Shown here piece after piece: positions 28,846 through 37,710 of a stretch of 64,000 nt of DNA. How positions within the stretch are numbered: the stretch's first letter is position 1; each line of letters begins with the position of its first letter. Source of the DNA: Clostridia bacterium (GTDB lineage Bacteria; Bacillota; Clostridia; UBA1212; UBA1255); contig JAFZEI010000028.1 in assembly GCA_017560765.1 (NCBI GenBank), forward strand, positions 66,690-130,689, given 5' to 3'. The notes under the pieces are model-generated. The model saw nothing but the letters and a program-made list of their open reading frames with translations, was not told the DNA's origin and did no database searches. Made by a program: the position numbers and the translations under genes.

Positions 28846-29030
28846 ATCTACTCCTCTCATCCGGACTTAAACTTTGCTGCTTTTGCTAACATCGTCTTAC
28901 CGTCGGCTACGGAATCTCACCGTATCAGTCCAATCATCGCTACAAAATATTTGATCGAACTCGCAGGCTTTACTGCCGGTTGGGAATTTCACCCTACCCC
29001 GAAGTACGGTGTGTATTCTACCACCGTAAT
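28846..29030 (-). promoter_or_regulatory. FMN riboswitch (RFN element) controlling ribU
   Basis: Minus-strand sequence CTTCGGGGTAGGGTGAAATTCCCAACCGGCAGTAAAGCCTGCGAG…GGTGAGATTCCGTAGCCGACGGT…AAGTCCGGATGAGAGGAG matches the RFN consensus (GGGGCAGGGTGAAATTCCCGACCGGCGGTAGTAAAGC…GCCGACAGTGAAAGTCTGGATGGGAGAAGGA). The 3' conserved strand contains the SD. Confidence 0.8.
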
Positions 29031-29062
29031 ACATAATATGTCAATAAATTAAATAATGTTAA

Positions 29063-29091
29063 TTGACATAAATATTTAGCAGTTGTATGAT
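29063..29091 (+). promoter_or_regulatory. Sigma-A promoter for the MBL-fold hydrolase gene
   Basis: TTGACA(29063-29068), a 17-nt spacer, then TATGAT(29086-29091). Confidence 0.45.
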
Positions 29092-29107
29092 TCTTTGGGT
29101 GAATAAT

Positions 29108-29887
29108 ATGAAAATAACTGTACTTACGGAGAATATAAGCAATTCAAACAAATTTGGGGCAGAACATGGCTTGTCTTTATATGTAGAAACGACAAAACAC
29201 AATATACTTTTCGATATGGGGCAAAGCGCTGTTTTTGCTCAAAATGCTCTTTCTGCCGGTATTGACCTTTCCTGTGTTGATTTTGCTGTCCTTTCCCACG
29301 GACATTACGACCACGGCGGCGGAATGAAGCATTTTCTTCAACTTAACCATACTGCGCCTGTTTATGTCAGCAAAAATGCCTTTGGCGATTATTTCAACGC
29401 ATCTTTTAAGTATATTGGTCTTGATAAAGAACTCAGCAAAAGCAGCCGCTTGATTTCCGTAGATGGAGAAAAAACAATTGCAGAGGGCATTACTTTGTTT
29501 TCTTGTAATGAAAAGCCTCGCCCGAATGACAAAGGCAGTTTTGGGCTTAGTGAGCTAATTGGTGATAAATATATACCGGACAAGTTTTTACATGAACAAT
29601 ATCTGTTAATTGAAGAAAATGGCAAAAAAATTCTTATAAGCGGTTGCTCTCACAAAGGTATTCTCGACATAGTTTCTTGGTTTAAGCCTGATATTTTGGT
29701 TGGCGGTTTTCACTATTCTAAAATAGAAGATAATAAAGAACTTGAAGATGCAGCCAAGATTTTAAATTCCTACAATACGACATATTATACTTGTCATTGC
29801 ACCGGCATAAGGCAATATGAATTGATGAAAAAATTCATATCGAAATTAAATTATATTTCTTGTGGTGATATAATAAACATAAAATAA
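29108..29887 (+). CDS. MBL-fold metallo-hydrolase
   Basis: Motif LSHGHYDHGGG (HxHxDH) in a ~260-aa protein. Start moved to the MKITVL ATG downstream of the promoter. Confidence 0.7.
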   Translation: MKITVLTENISNSNKFGAEHGLSLYVETTKHNILFDMGQSAVFAQNALSAGIDLSCVDFAVLSHGHYDHGGGMKHFLQLNHTAPVYVSKNAFGDYFNASFKYIGLDKELSKSSRLISVDGEKTIAEGITLFSCNEKPRPNDKGSFGLSELIGDKYIPDKFLHEQYLLIEENGKKILISGCSHKGILDIVSWFKPDILVGGFHYSKIEDNKELEDAAKILNSYNTTYYTCHCTGIRQYELMKKFISKLNYISCGDIINIK

Positions 29888-29918
29888 AAAGGCATCCCAA
29901 AGGATGCCTTAACTTTTT
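29886..29918. terminator. Bidirectional rho-independent terminator (MBL hydrolase / rhaA convergent pair)
   Basis: aaggcatcc(29889-29897), loop caaa, ggatgcctt(29902-29910), with A-run upstream and T-rich tail downstream. Confidence 0.7.
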
Positions 29919-29935
29919 GATTATATGCGAAGCAA

Positions 29936-31189
29936 TTATCTCTTAAGGAGAACCTCTTCTTCATATTTTCTAACTTCTTTAAGCCACTCGCCACCAACAG
30001 GAACGTTGTTAATCTCACAGAAGTAATCCCAAACTGCACCGAAGGGCAATGTTTTGATTTCTTCAAGAGTAGCAAGACGTGTTGTGAAATCAAATTTCTG
30101 CTCAGCAGCAACCAAGTCAGCTGTAGGTTCAAGAAGAGCGATAAGCAATGCTTTTTGCATATTACGCATACCGATAACCCAAGCAGCGATACGGTTAATA
30201 CTTGCATCGAAGAAGTCAAGACCGATGTGTGTTCTGTCAACAAAGCCATTGCGAACAAGCTCTGCAGCGATGTTTTTAAGCTCATCATCAAGAACGATTA
30301 CATGGTCACTATCCCATCTGATAGGACGGCTAACATGGAGAAGAACCTCGTCAGCATAGCAGAATACAGCAGAAAGCTTATCGGAAATAACCTCTGTAGG
30401 ATGATAGTGTCCTGCATCAAGGCAAACCAACTTGCCTCTTGAAACTGCATATCCAACGCAGAACTCGTTAGAACCTACTGTATAAGCCTCAGCACCGATA
30501 CCGAAAACTTTGCTCTCGAATGCATCAAGAGTGTACTCCTTCGGATACTCTACGCTAAATATCTCATCAAGTCCCTCCATCATACGTTTTCTGGGACCGT
30601 ATTTATCAACTGTGATATCCTTCATACCATCTGGGAACCAGAAGTTAGTAACAGCAGGTGTTCCCAACTCTTTACCAAAATATGCAGCGATTTCACGGCT
30701 TGCCTTACAGTGGCGAATCCAGAAATCACGAACTTCTTTATCAGGATGGCTGATTGTCATACCGTCAGCAGACATAGGATGTGAGAAACATGTAGGGTTA
30801 AAATCAAGACCAACATTGTTCTTCTTTGCCCACTCAACCCACTTAGCAAAATGCTTGGGCTCAATTTTATCTCTCTCAACATTACCCTCAAAATCACCGT
30901 AAATAGCGTGAAGGTTGATTCTGTGCTTACCGGGAATCAAAGAAAAAGCTTTCTCAATATCAGCTCTTAACTGCTCCGGAGTTGTTGCCTTACCGGGATA
31001 ATTACCTGTTGTCTGGATACCGCCTGTAAGCTCTCCGTCAGGATTTTCAAAACCGATAACGTCATCGCCTTGCCAGCAATGCATTGAAATCGGGATATTC
31101 TTAAGCGTTTCAAGAACTTTATCTGTGTCTATGCCATACTCAGCATAACGCTTTTTTGCCAATTCATAACTTTCTTTAACATAACTCAT
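29936..31189 (-). CDS. rhaA: L-rhamnose isomerase
   Basis: The 417-aa protein with [23 protein letters not shown]…[11 protein letters not shown]…GFEN matches the RhaA N-terminus and length. Confidence 0.85.
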   Translation of the reverse strand: MSYVKESYELAKKRYAEYGIDTDKVLETLKNIPISMHCWQGDDVIGFENPDGELTGGIQTTGNYPGKATTPEQLRADIEKAFSLIPGKHRINLHAIYGDFEGNVERDKIEPKHFAKWVEWAKKNNVGLDFNPTCFSHPMSADGMTISHPDKEVRDFWIRHCKASREIAAYFGKELGTPAVTNFWFPDGMKDITVDKYGPRKRMMEGLDEIFSVEYPKEYTLDAFESKVFGIGAEAYTVGSNEFCVGYAVSRGKLVCLDAGHYHPTEVISDKLSAVFCYADEVLLHVSRPIRWDSDHVIVLDDELKNIAAELVRNGFVDRTHIGLDFFDASINRIAAWVIGMRNMQKALLIALLEPTADLVAAEQKFDFTTRLATLEEIKTLPFGAVWDYFCEINNVPVGGEWLKEVRKYEEEVLLKR

Positions 31190-31279
31190 TATGTATCTAC
31201 ACTCCTTATATAAAATTTCATAAATATCATTAACAAACCATATTCATATGGCAAAGTTTACAATAAAACACTACTTATG

Positions 31280-31639
31280 TCAATAAGCCATTACAGCCAT
31301 AAAAGCAAGTTCTGATTGAGTAGTATCGCACCGGCTGTATTGCACCACAACAGGAACATTACTCTTAACAAAAACCGCATACGGAACGCCTCTGGGCACC
31401 GTTTCGCCGTTTTTAGACTTAATGCGATCCATTCTCACATGATGTGTTCTTCTCGCCCCACAAGGCGCGCTAAAGCCATCCATCGGCTCTCTGTCTTCAA
31501 AATACAAAGTAAAGTCAACAACAGCATCTTCATCTCCCGTATTTAATATACAAATTGCCTCGTGACTTACATAATCTCCGTTATCCTTTACCGGGAAGAA
31601 AGCATCCGGTATTAACCACTCACATTTGCCTGTACTCAT
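31280..31639 (-). CDS. Sensory-rhodopsin-transducer (ASRT) family small beta-sandwich protein
   Basis: The 119-aa protein has motifs SHEAICILNTGDEDAVVDFTLYFEDREP and VKSNVPVVVQYSRCD, which match my recollection of the ASRT/TM1070 family (ILNxGDEDA…SNVPIVVQ). Confidence 0.5.
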   Translation of the reverse strand: MSTGKCEWLIPDAFFPVKDNGDYVSHEAICILNTGDEDAVVDFTLYFEDREPMDGFSAPCGARRTHHVRMDRIKSKNGETVPRGVPYAVFVKSNVPVVVQYSRCDTTQSELAFMAVMAY

Positions 31640-32196
31640 ACGTCCTCCTTATTTTTTATAACATCATAAAAAGTTTTCATAAGCTGCATATAAATTCCTG
31701 ATGTATTATTTTTCCAAGCCTCACAAACTGCTGCTCCGTCCTTGCGGTCAGCCACCGGCAATTTAATATCAACAATACAATTCGTACCTTCTCTTACATA
31801 ACAACGTACATAAACATTACCGCTTGCATCCTCAAAACAATCAGCATTAACATACATGTCACGCTCCAAGGCATCGCGGTTTTCTTCTATATATGCCTCG
31901 TATCTTGCTCCCAAACCACCCGAGAGCATGTATCGCATTTGATTTAATCTTTCTCTGCCCTTTTCCGTTACGGAAAAAAGCACACTGCCGTTACTGTCCT
32001 GCTCCCTTTTAACGCAACCTTTTGCGATAAGATCCTCCCTACACTCCTGTATAGAAAAATAATTCACAAGACCGGGACCGAGAAGCACTGCACTCAGCGC
32101 ATTATCTGTCATTCTTATACCCAATTTATCAAGTACAAATAATATCAATATTTTATTTGCTGTGTACTGCTCACTATTCTCAAACATAATAATCAA
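31636..32196 (-). CDS. DUF4364-like protein (putative winged-helix regulator) co-transcribed with obg
   Basis: The 186-aa protein overlaps the obg stop by 17 nt and the downstream gene by 4 nt. This family is commonly found after obg in Clostridia. Confidence 0.45.
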   Translation of the reverse strand: MIIMFENSEQYTANKILILFVLDKLGIRMTDNALSAVLLGPGLVNYFSIQECREDLIAKGCVKREQDSNGSVLFSVTEKGRERLNQMRYMLSGGLGARYEAYIEENRDALERDMYVNADCFEDASGNVYVRCYVREGTNCIVDIKLPVADRKDGAAVCEAWKNNTSGIYMQLMKTFYDVIKNKEDV

Positions 32197-33502
32197 ACTC
32201 TATTTCATAAATTCTAACTGTATCATTTTCTTTTATGCCCATTTCTTCCAGCTTGCGTATAAGACCTTTTTTCTTTATTACTCGTTGGAAATACTGAGAA
32301 GATTCATAGTCATCAAGATTAACAGAATCCACAATATTTTTTATCCATGGTCCCTCAACAACATAGACACCTTCCTCCACACGGACAGTAAAAGGTTCTT
32401 CTTCTCCATCAAGACTGTAAACTGTTTCCGCATCCTCTGCAACAAACACGCTTCCGGGAGGCATTTTATCAAGGATACTTCCGCAATATGCCATAAGTTC
32501 CCTCGTACCTTGCGCCGTTATAGCAGACAATTCAAAGATTCTCCACGCTCCGTTTTCACGCTCCGTCATTATTTCTTCACCACGAGCATCAAGCCACTTA
32601 TCGAATTTTTGCCTGAAAATTCCGGCATTATCAGCAGCATTTTCTCCATCCATTTTATTAAGCGCAATAATTTGCGGGCGTTTTGCCAAGTCAATATTAT
32701 ACTGTTCCAGCTCTTTGTTAATAAGCAGAAAATCTTCGAACGGATCTCTGCCTTCACGACCCGAAATATCAATAACATGAATCAAAAGTCTCGTTCTTTC
32801 TATATGCCTTAAAAACTCATGTCCCAAACCTTGTCCTTCGGATGCACCTTCAATAAGCCCCGGTATATCCGCAAGGCAAAAACTTCTTTCGCCATTATTG
32901 AAAACAATACCTAAATTCGGTTTAATCGTAGTAAAATGATAGTCGGCAATTTCCGGTTTGGCTCCTGTAGTAACAGACAGTATTGTAGACTTACCAACAT
33001 TCGGAAAACCTGCCAATCCCACATCAGCAAGCAACTTCAACTCAAGCTGGATCTCCAACTCTTTGCCTTCTTCGCCCGCTCTTGCGAAATTAGGAATCTG
33101 TCTTGTACTTGTGGCAAAATGCATATTTCCTTGACCGCCTTTACCACCCTTTAAAATTATTTTTCTTTCTCCCGGTGTAACCATATCGGCTAAAATCCGA
33201 CCTGTTGCAGCATCCTTAACAAGTGTTCCCTGCGGAACCTTAACAATCTCGTCAGCACCGCTTTTTCCCGTCATTTTATTTTTAGCTCCGTTTGCTCCGC
33301 CCTCTGCCTTAAATTTTCTCTTATACTTAAAGTCAGCAAGAGTAGAAGCCCCCTCATCAACTACGAAAACGATGTCTCCGCCTTTGCCACCGTCTCCGCC
33401 ATCAGGACCGCCTGCATTTACGTATTTTTCTCTATGAAATGATACTGCCCCGTTACCTCCCTTGCCGGAAGCAACAAAAATTTTTGTTCTGTCAATAAAC
33501 AT
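32180..33502 (-). CDS. obg: GTPase ObgE/CgtA
   Basis: Obg fold N-terminus (MFIDRTKIFVASGKGGNGAVSFHREKY…GGDGG), G-domain GFPNVGKST, and a C-terminal OCT/TGS-like extension. Confidence 0.9.
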   Translation of the reverse strand: MFIDRTKIFVASGKGGNGAVSFHREKYVNAGGPDGGDGGKGGDIVFVVDEGASTLADFKYKRKFKAEGGANGAKNKMTGKSGADEIVKVPQGTLVKDAATGRILADMVTPGERKIILKGGKGGQGNMHFATSTRQIPNFARAGEEGKELEIQLELKLLADVGLAGFPNVGKSTILSVTTGAKPEIADYHFTTIKPNLGIVFNNGERSFCLADIPGLIEGASEGQGLGHEFLRHIERTRLLIHVIDISGREGRDPFEDFLLINKELEQYNIDLAKRPQIIALNKMDGENAADNAGIFRQKFDKWLDARGEEIMTERENGAWRIFELSAITAQGTRELMAYCGSILDKMPPGSVFVAEDAETVYSLDGEEEPFTVRVEEGVYVVEGPWIKNIVDSVNLDDYESSQYFQRVIKKKGLIRKLEEMGIKENDTVRIYEIEFDYYV

Positions 33503-33600
33503 TATTTTTCTCCATCGTAATATAACGAAAAAAGACTGCTATACACAATATATATTCTATAAGTGCATCGCAGTCCTTCAATATCGCCTGTTGAAAACTA

Positions 33601-33882
33601 TTAATCTTCAGCAATGATTACGGCTTGTTTCTTATCTCTGCCAAGTCTGCGGAAAGAAACCTTACCATCCTTCAAAGCGTAAAGCGTATAGTCTGTACCC
33701 ATACCAACGTTCTCGCCGGGGTAAATCTTAGTACCTCTTTGTCTTACAAGGATATTTCCCGCAAGTACAAACTGTCCGTCTGCTCTTTTAACACCAAGAC
33801 GCTTTGACTCTGAATCTCTACCGTTCTTTGAGCTTCCAAGTCCTTTCTTATGAGCGAACAACTGTAAGTTAATTCTTAACAT
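33601..33882 (-). CDS. rpmA: 50S ribosomal protein L27 (with N-terminal propeptide)
   Basis: [30 protein letters not shown]… is the classic Firmicutes L27 with a Prp-cleaved extension. Confidence 0.9.
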   Translation of the reverse strand: MLRINLQLFAHKKGLGSSKNGRDSESKRLGVKRADGQFVLAGNILVRQRGTKIYPGENVGMGTDYTLYALKDGKVSFRRLGRDKKQAVIIAED

Positions 33883-33904
33883 GACTTCACACCTCCTATG
33901 TTAG

Positions 33905-34237
33905 TCAATCAAATGATTTATCAATCACTTTAATGTATTCGTCACCGTAGGAATATTCAATCTGCTTTAATCCGATAAATGCCGCCTCCATAACTGCATA
34001 AGCAGACTCTGTATTGTTAGCATCAATCTCAAATTTCATATATCCGTCTTTTATCGAATACCGCGGCACCCTGCCGCCTATCTTTTTTTCATCAAAATAA
34101 CCAATTGCCGTATACGCTATAGCCGATACAGCCGCACAAATAATATCGCTGCCTTCTTCTGCATATCCCGCATGTCCCGAAATCTCAAATCCGGTAACTT
34201 TCTTTTGATTATCTCTGAAAATTCTTGCTGTTATCAT
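33905..34237 (-). CDS. prp: Ribosomal-processing cysteine protease Prp
   Basis: The 110-aa protein has GHAGYAEEGSDIICAAVSA (Cys/His dyad) and sits between rplU and rpmA. Confidence 0.85.
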   Translation of the reverse strand: MITARIFRDNQKKVTGFEISGHAGYAEEGSDIICAAVSAIAYTAIGYFDEKKIGGRVPRYSIKDGYMKFEIDANNTESAYAVMEAAFIGLKQIEYSYGDEYIKVIDKSFD

Positions 34238-34246
34238 GCTGTAAAA

Positions 34247-34561
34247 TTAAGCATTGATTTTCTCAATTGTAAGCTTTGTATAGGGCTGTCTGTGACCTTG
34301 TCTTTTTCTGTAACCCTTTTTAGCTTTGTGCTTAATGATGCGGATTTTCTCGCCTTTGCCTTGTTTAACAACTGTTGCAACAACTGTTGCACCGTCAACA
34401 TAAGGAGCTCCGAACTTAACATCATCCTCGCTTACAGATACTGCAAGTACTTTATCAAATGTAACTGAAGACTCAACTTCTGCATCAAGCTTTTCAACGA
34501 AAAGTGTGCCGCCTTCTTCTACTTTGTACTGCTTTCCTCCTGTAACTATAATAGCATACAT
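34247..34561 (-). CDS. rplU: 50S ribosomal protein L21
   Basis: [17 protein letters not shown]…, with GGAGGTG 7 nt upstream of the ATG at 34561. The longer ORF to 34618 reads through the leader. Confidence 0.9.
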   Translation of the reverse strand: MYAIIVTGGKQYKVEEGGTLFVEKLDAEVESSVTFDKVLAVSVSEDDVKFGAPYVDGATVVATVVKQGKGEKIRIIKHKAKKGYRKRQGHRQPYTKLTIEKINA

Positions 34562-34684
34562 ATTTCTGCACCTCCATAACAATCTCGCCTGTATATGACA
34601 TCCGTGCGAAGATGTCACTCACGTAAGGCACCGCAAAAATAATTTTTCGCGAATTTGCAAGCCCCGTCAGAGCGGTAACTGCTG
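34562..34684 (-). promoter_or_regulatory. Ribosomal protein L21 leader (structured 5' UTR of rplU-prp-rpmA)
   Basis: The ~120-nt transcribed leader contains a hairpin (GACATCttcgcacgGATGTC). Its position and length match the conserved Firmicutes L21-leader element. Confidence 0.45.
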
Positions 34685-34713
34685 TATTGTATCACGTTAA
34701 ATCTTATGCGTCA
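34685..34713 (-). promoter_or_regulatory. Sigma-A promoter of the rplU operon
   Basis: On the minus strand: TTGACG(34713-34708), a 17-nt spacer, then TACAAT(34690-34685). Confidence 0.6.
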
Positions 34714-34717
34714 ATCC

Positions 34718-35644
34718 CTAATTTTTTATCAATTCAGCTATTTCTTCTTCTGTAAATTGATACTTTTTATTACAGAAATGGCAGCAAAGCTCTGCGCCAT
34801 GATCTTCCTCAAGTATTTTTTTAATTTCTTCTTTACCAATACTGAGAAGAGCTTCCTCCATGCGTTCTTTTGAGCAATCGCATTCAAATTTACACTCCAC
34901 TCTGTCAGAGATATCTAAGTTATATCCTCTCGTTATATCTTCTAATATGTTTTCTATTGTTGCTCCGGCATTAAGAAGAGTTGTGACAGACGGCATATAT
35001 GAAATATTCCTCTCAATATCATCAATGAGCTTGTCCGGAGCTCCGGGCAAAAGCTGAATCATAAATCCTCCGGCCTTCATTACATCCAACTGCTCTCCTA
35101 TCAGCACTCCCAAAGATACTGCCGCAGGCACTTGTTTGGACAATGCGTAATAATACGAAAAGTCCTCTGCTATTTCGCCCGAACGAAGGGGAACACTGCC
35201 GGAATACGGTTCCTTTAAACCCAAATCCATCATAACATTCATGAAACCCTTACCAACAAGGCCTCCAACATCCAGTTTGCCATCTGATTCACGTATCGGA
35301 AGGTCTGCATACGGGTGATCTGCATAACCCTTTACAAAAACCTTATCCAAAGCACCGGCTGCGCCGTTCTTCGTTTTTATTCTGCAAACAGTTGCCATTC
35401 CGCCAATCGGACCCTTGCCTTTGAGCTGTATAGTCAGCTTGTCTGTCTCATTTTTCATTTCTTTAGCCATTAAAACCGTACCCGTAAGCATACGTCCCAA
35501 TGCCGCTGTTGCAGTTGCAGACATGTTATGTGTTTTGCGTGCTTCTTCAACCAACTGCGTAGTTTCCGCACCTATTACGCGTAAATAACCATCAGCTGCC
35601 AAGCCTGAAATCAATATATCATTATTCTCACAGAATGTTTCCAT
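34718..35644 (-). CDS. hslO: Redox-regulated chaperone Hsp33
   Basis: The 308-aa protein has a C-terminal zinc centre CKFECDC…CCHFC and an Hsp33 N-domain. Confidence 0.85.
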   Translation of the reverse strand: METFCENNDILISGLAADGYLRVIGAETTQLVEEARKTHNMSATATAALGRMLTGTVLMAKEMKNETDKLTIQLKGKGPIGGMATVCRIKTKNGAAGALDKVFVKGYADHPYADLPIRESDGKLDVGGLVGKGFMNVMMDLGLKEPYSGSVPLRSGEIAEDFSYYYALSKQVPAAVSLGVLIGEQLDVMKAGGFMIQLLPGAPDKLIDDIERNISYMPSVTTLLNAGATIENILEDITRGYNLDISDRVECKFECDCSKERMEEALLSIGKEEIKKILEEDHGAELCCHFCNKKYQFTEEEIAELIKN

Positions 35645-35674
35645 TTCTACTCCTCTTTCTGCTTTTTATTTTTG

Positions 35675-36469
35675 TTATGGTTTTTCACAAATAAAATATA
35701 ATCTGTCATAGTCATCAAGCGCTTTTTCCGGATAAAGATACGCAAATTCAAAAGGATGTCGCAAGTCATCATAAATCGTAAAATTAAAGAAGCCGGCTTT
35801 TGTAAGTCCTTCTCTGAGCACGCTTGTGCTCCATATTCTTTCAGAAACCTCTTCGTCATAGCGTTTGTACAATTCTTCTTTATCATTGCACCTCTCAAAG
35901 GCTGTAATGTTATATGTGACTTTTCCGGACCTTTCTAAAAATTCACACGTCCAAAAGAAGCTGCCCCAATCAAAATCCTCAAAAGAACATTCTCCTCTGC
36001 TGTAGTTATTCTTAAAAAAGCTGGGCATAACTACATCAAAGAACAAAAAGCCGCCACTTTCCAAAGTATCATAAGCTCTTTTAAAAAACGCAAACAGTTT
36101 GTTTTTATTCGTAATATGATTTAATGTATCTGTAGTAGCAAAGATTGCCGCAGCGCTGCTTCCTATTTCCATTTTTGAAATATCCTGACATACCCATGTT
36201 ATATTATTTTCGGGATGCTTCTCCACTGCTTGCGCAAGCATATCTGAAGATATATCGATACCAATAACGTCATAGTAAGTAGCTAAAATAGCTGCTAACT
36301 CCCCACTTCCGCAGCCTGCGTCCACAACAAGCGTCTTTTCCTTTCTTTCTTTAAAAGCCTGAATTGCTCTGCTTTTTTGTATAATCGGTCTGGCAAAGCA
36401 TTTCCATTCTACATAAACTTCGTGAGGAAAAAGCATATCATAATAATTTGAAATAAAATTATACATCAA
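35675..36469 (-). CDS. Class I SAM-dependent methyltransferase
   Basis: Motif I VVDAGCGSGELA, in a 264-aa protein. Confidence 0.7.
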   Translation of the reverse strand: MMYNFISNYYDMLFPHEVYVEWKCFARPIIQKSRAIQAFKERKEKTLVVDAGCGSGELAAILATYYDVIGIDISSDMLAQAVEKHPENNITWVCQDISKMEIGSSAAAIFATTDTLNHITNKNKLFAFFKRAYDTLESGGFLFFDVVMPSFFKNNYSRGECSFEDFDWGSFFWTCEFLERSGKVTYNITAFERCNDKEELYKRYDEEVSERIWSTSVLREGLTKAGFFNFTIYDDLRHPFEFAYLYPEKALDDYDRLYFICEKP

Positions 36470-36477
36470 TTCACCCT

Positions 36478-37698
36478 TTAACCCTTTAAAATTTCAAAAG
36501 CCTTTTGGAGCTGCGTATCCTCTTCACTGCCTTCTGTCAGGGCAATCTCTATGTCCGGAGAAATACCTACACCGTGTATGCACTCTCCCGAGGGGGTAAA
36601 ATATCTGGCTATTGTTAATATTATTCCGCTACCGTCTTCGGAATAATCTCTTCTCGTCTGACCTAAAGCCTTACCATAAGTCTTTTGGCCCACAAGAGTT
36701 CCCTTTTTATGGTCTCTTATAGCGCCTACCACTAATTCGGAAGCGCTGGCAGTATTTTCGTTGATTAGTACAACTAAAGGAACGTCAATGCATTCTGCAT
36801 CCGACTTTATTTCACTTATTCTCTCGCCTTTTTTATTTTCGGAATAAGCAATCAAGCCTTCAGGCAAAATTCTGTCCGCTACAATATCTGCCTGTACCTC
36901 ATAACCACCGCCGTTATTACGCAAATCCAATATAATGCCTGTGCAATCAAGTGTATCTATTTTCTTCATTGCTGCAAGGAATTCCTCGCCTGTATCTTCG
37001 TCAAATTGCGTAATTTTTATATACATTACACCTTCATAGTCGTTAACAAAAACGGATTGTTTGCTTACTCGTGATATGGTTACTTCTGCCTCTATGGAAG
37101 TACCATCCGCTCTTTCTGCCTTTATCTTAATTAAATTTCCTTCTTTGACAAAGAGTGAATCCAAATCAGCCTCAGCATAATCACTGACTGCTTTGCCGTT
37201 TACAAATGTTATAACGTCACCTGCAAGAATGCCTGCCTTTTCCGTAGGAGAACCGCTCTCAACGCTGAGCACCTCCAGCCCCTTATCAGTATTTTTGTAA
37301 ACAAAGCCGGCACCAATATATGTGCCTGTTATTAAGTCTACATATTCATCTAACAAGCCCGGTTCAATATATGAGGAATAAGGATCCCCCAATGCTTCTA
37401 CAGCCCCCGAAATAGCTCCTTCTATTACGTCATTTACATCATAGTCCAAACAATAATACTCATCTATAAAACGTAATAAATCCTGAAATTTATCTACCTT
37501 ATATTCTTCAAGATTATCTCCGGAAAAGGTAACGCTTTCTGATTTTCTGAAAAGTGCTCCGTTATAATAAATTCTGTCTGCTACTAAAAAAGTAACAAAC
37601 ACTGTAACGATAATCAAAATTATCGCACCTGCAAACAAAACATTTCCATTTATGCGAAAGGACTTGCCATTATCGCATTGATTTGTATCTTCATTCAT
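36478..37698 (-). CDS. S41 family C-terminal processing peptidase (Ctp), N-terminal TM plus PDZ
   Basis: PDZ region (GSPTEKAGILAGDVITFVNG), a catalytic S41 domain (…NENTASASELVVGA…), and a TM anchor. Confidence 0.8.
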   Translation of the reverse strand: MNEDTNQCDNGKSFRINGNVLFAGAIILIIVTVFVTFLVADRIYYNGALFRKSESVTFSGDNLEEYKVDKFQDLLRFIDEYYCLDYDVNDVIEGAISGAVEALGDPYSSYIEPGLLDEYVDLITGTYIGAGFVYKNTDKGLEVLSVESGSPTEKAGILAGDVITFVNGKAVSDYAEADLDSLFVKEGNLIKIKAERADGTSIEAEVTISRVSKQSVFVNDYEGVMYIKITQFDEDTGEEFLAAMKKIDTLDCTGIILDLRNNGGGYEVQADIVADRILPEGLIAYSENKKGERISEIKSDAECIDVPLVVLINENTASASELVVGAIRDHKKGTLVGQKTYGKALGQTRRDYSEDGSGIILTIARYFTPSGECIHGVGISPDIEIALTEGSEEDTQLQKAFEILKG

Positions 37699-37710
37699 TT
37701 TTTCACCTGC

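Noticed and set aside
33503-33600. Hairpin (GACTGC…GCAGTC plus T-run) between rpmA and obg as a possible terminator
   Set aside because: The stem is only 6 bp with a ~30-nt loop. It is too weak to call, and obg is normally co-transcribed with the L21 operon. Mentioned only as a possible attenuator.
35647-35898. 83-aa ORF overlapping the 3' end of the methyltransferase gene
   Set aside because: It is in a different frame of the same strand within a conserved MTase C-terminus, with no RBS, and is spurious.
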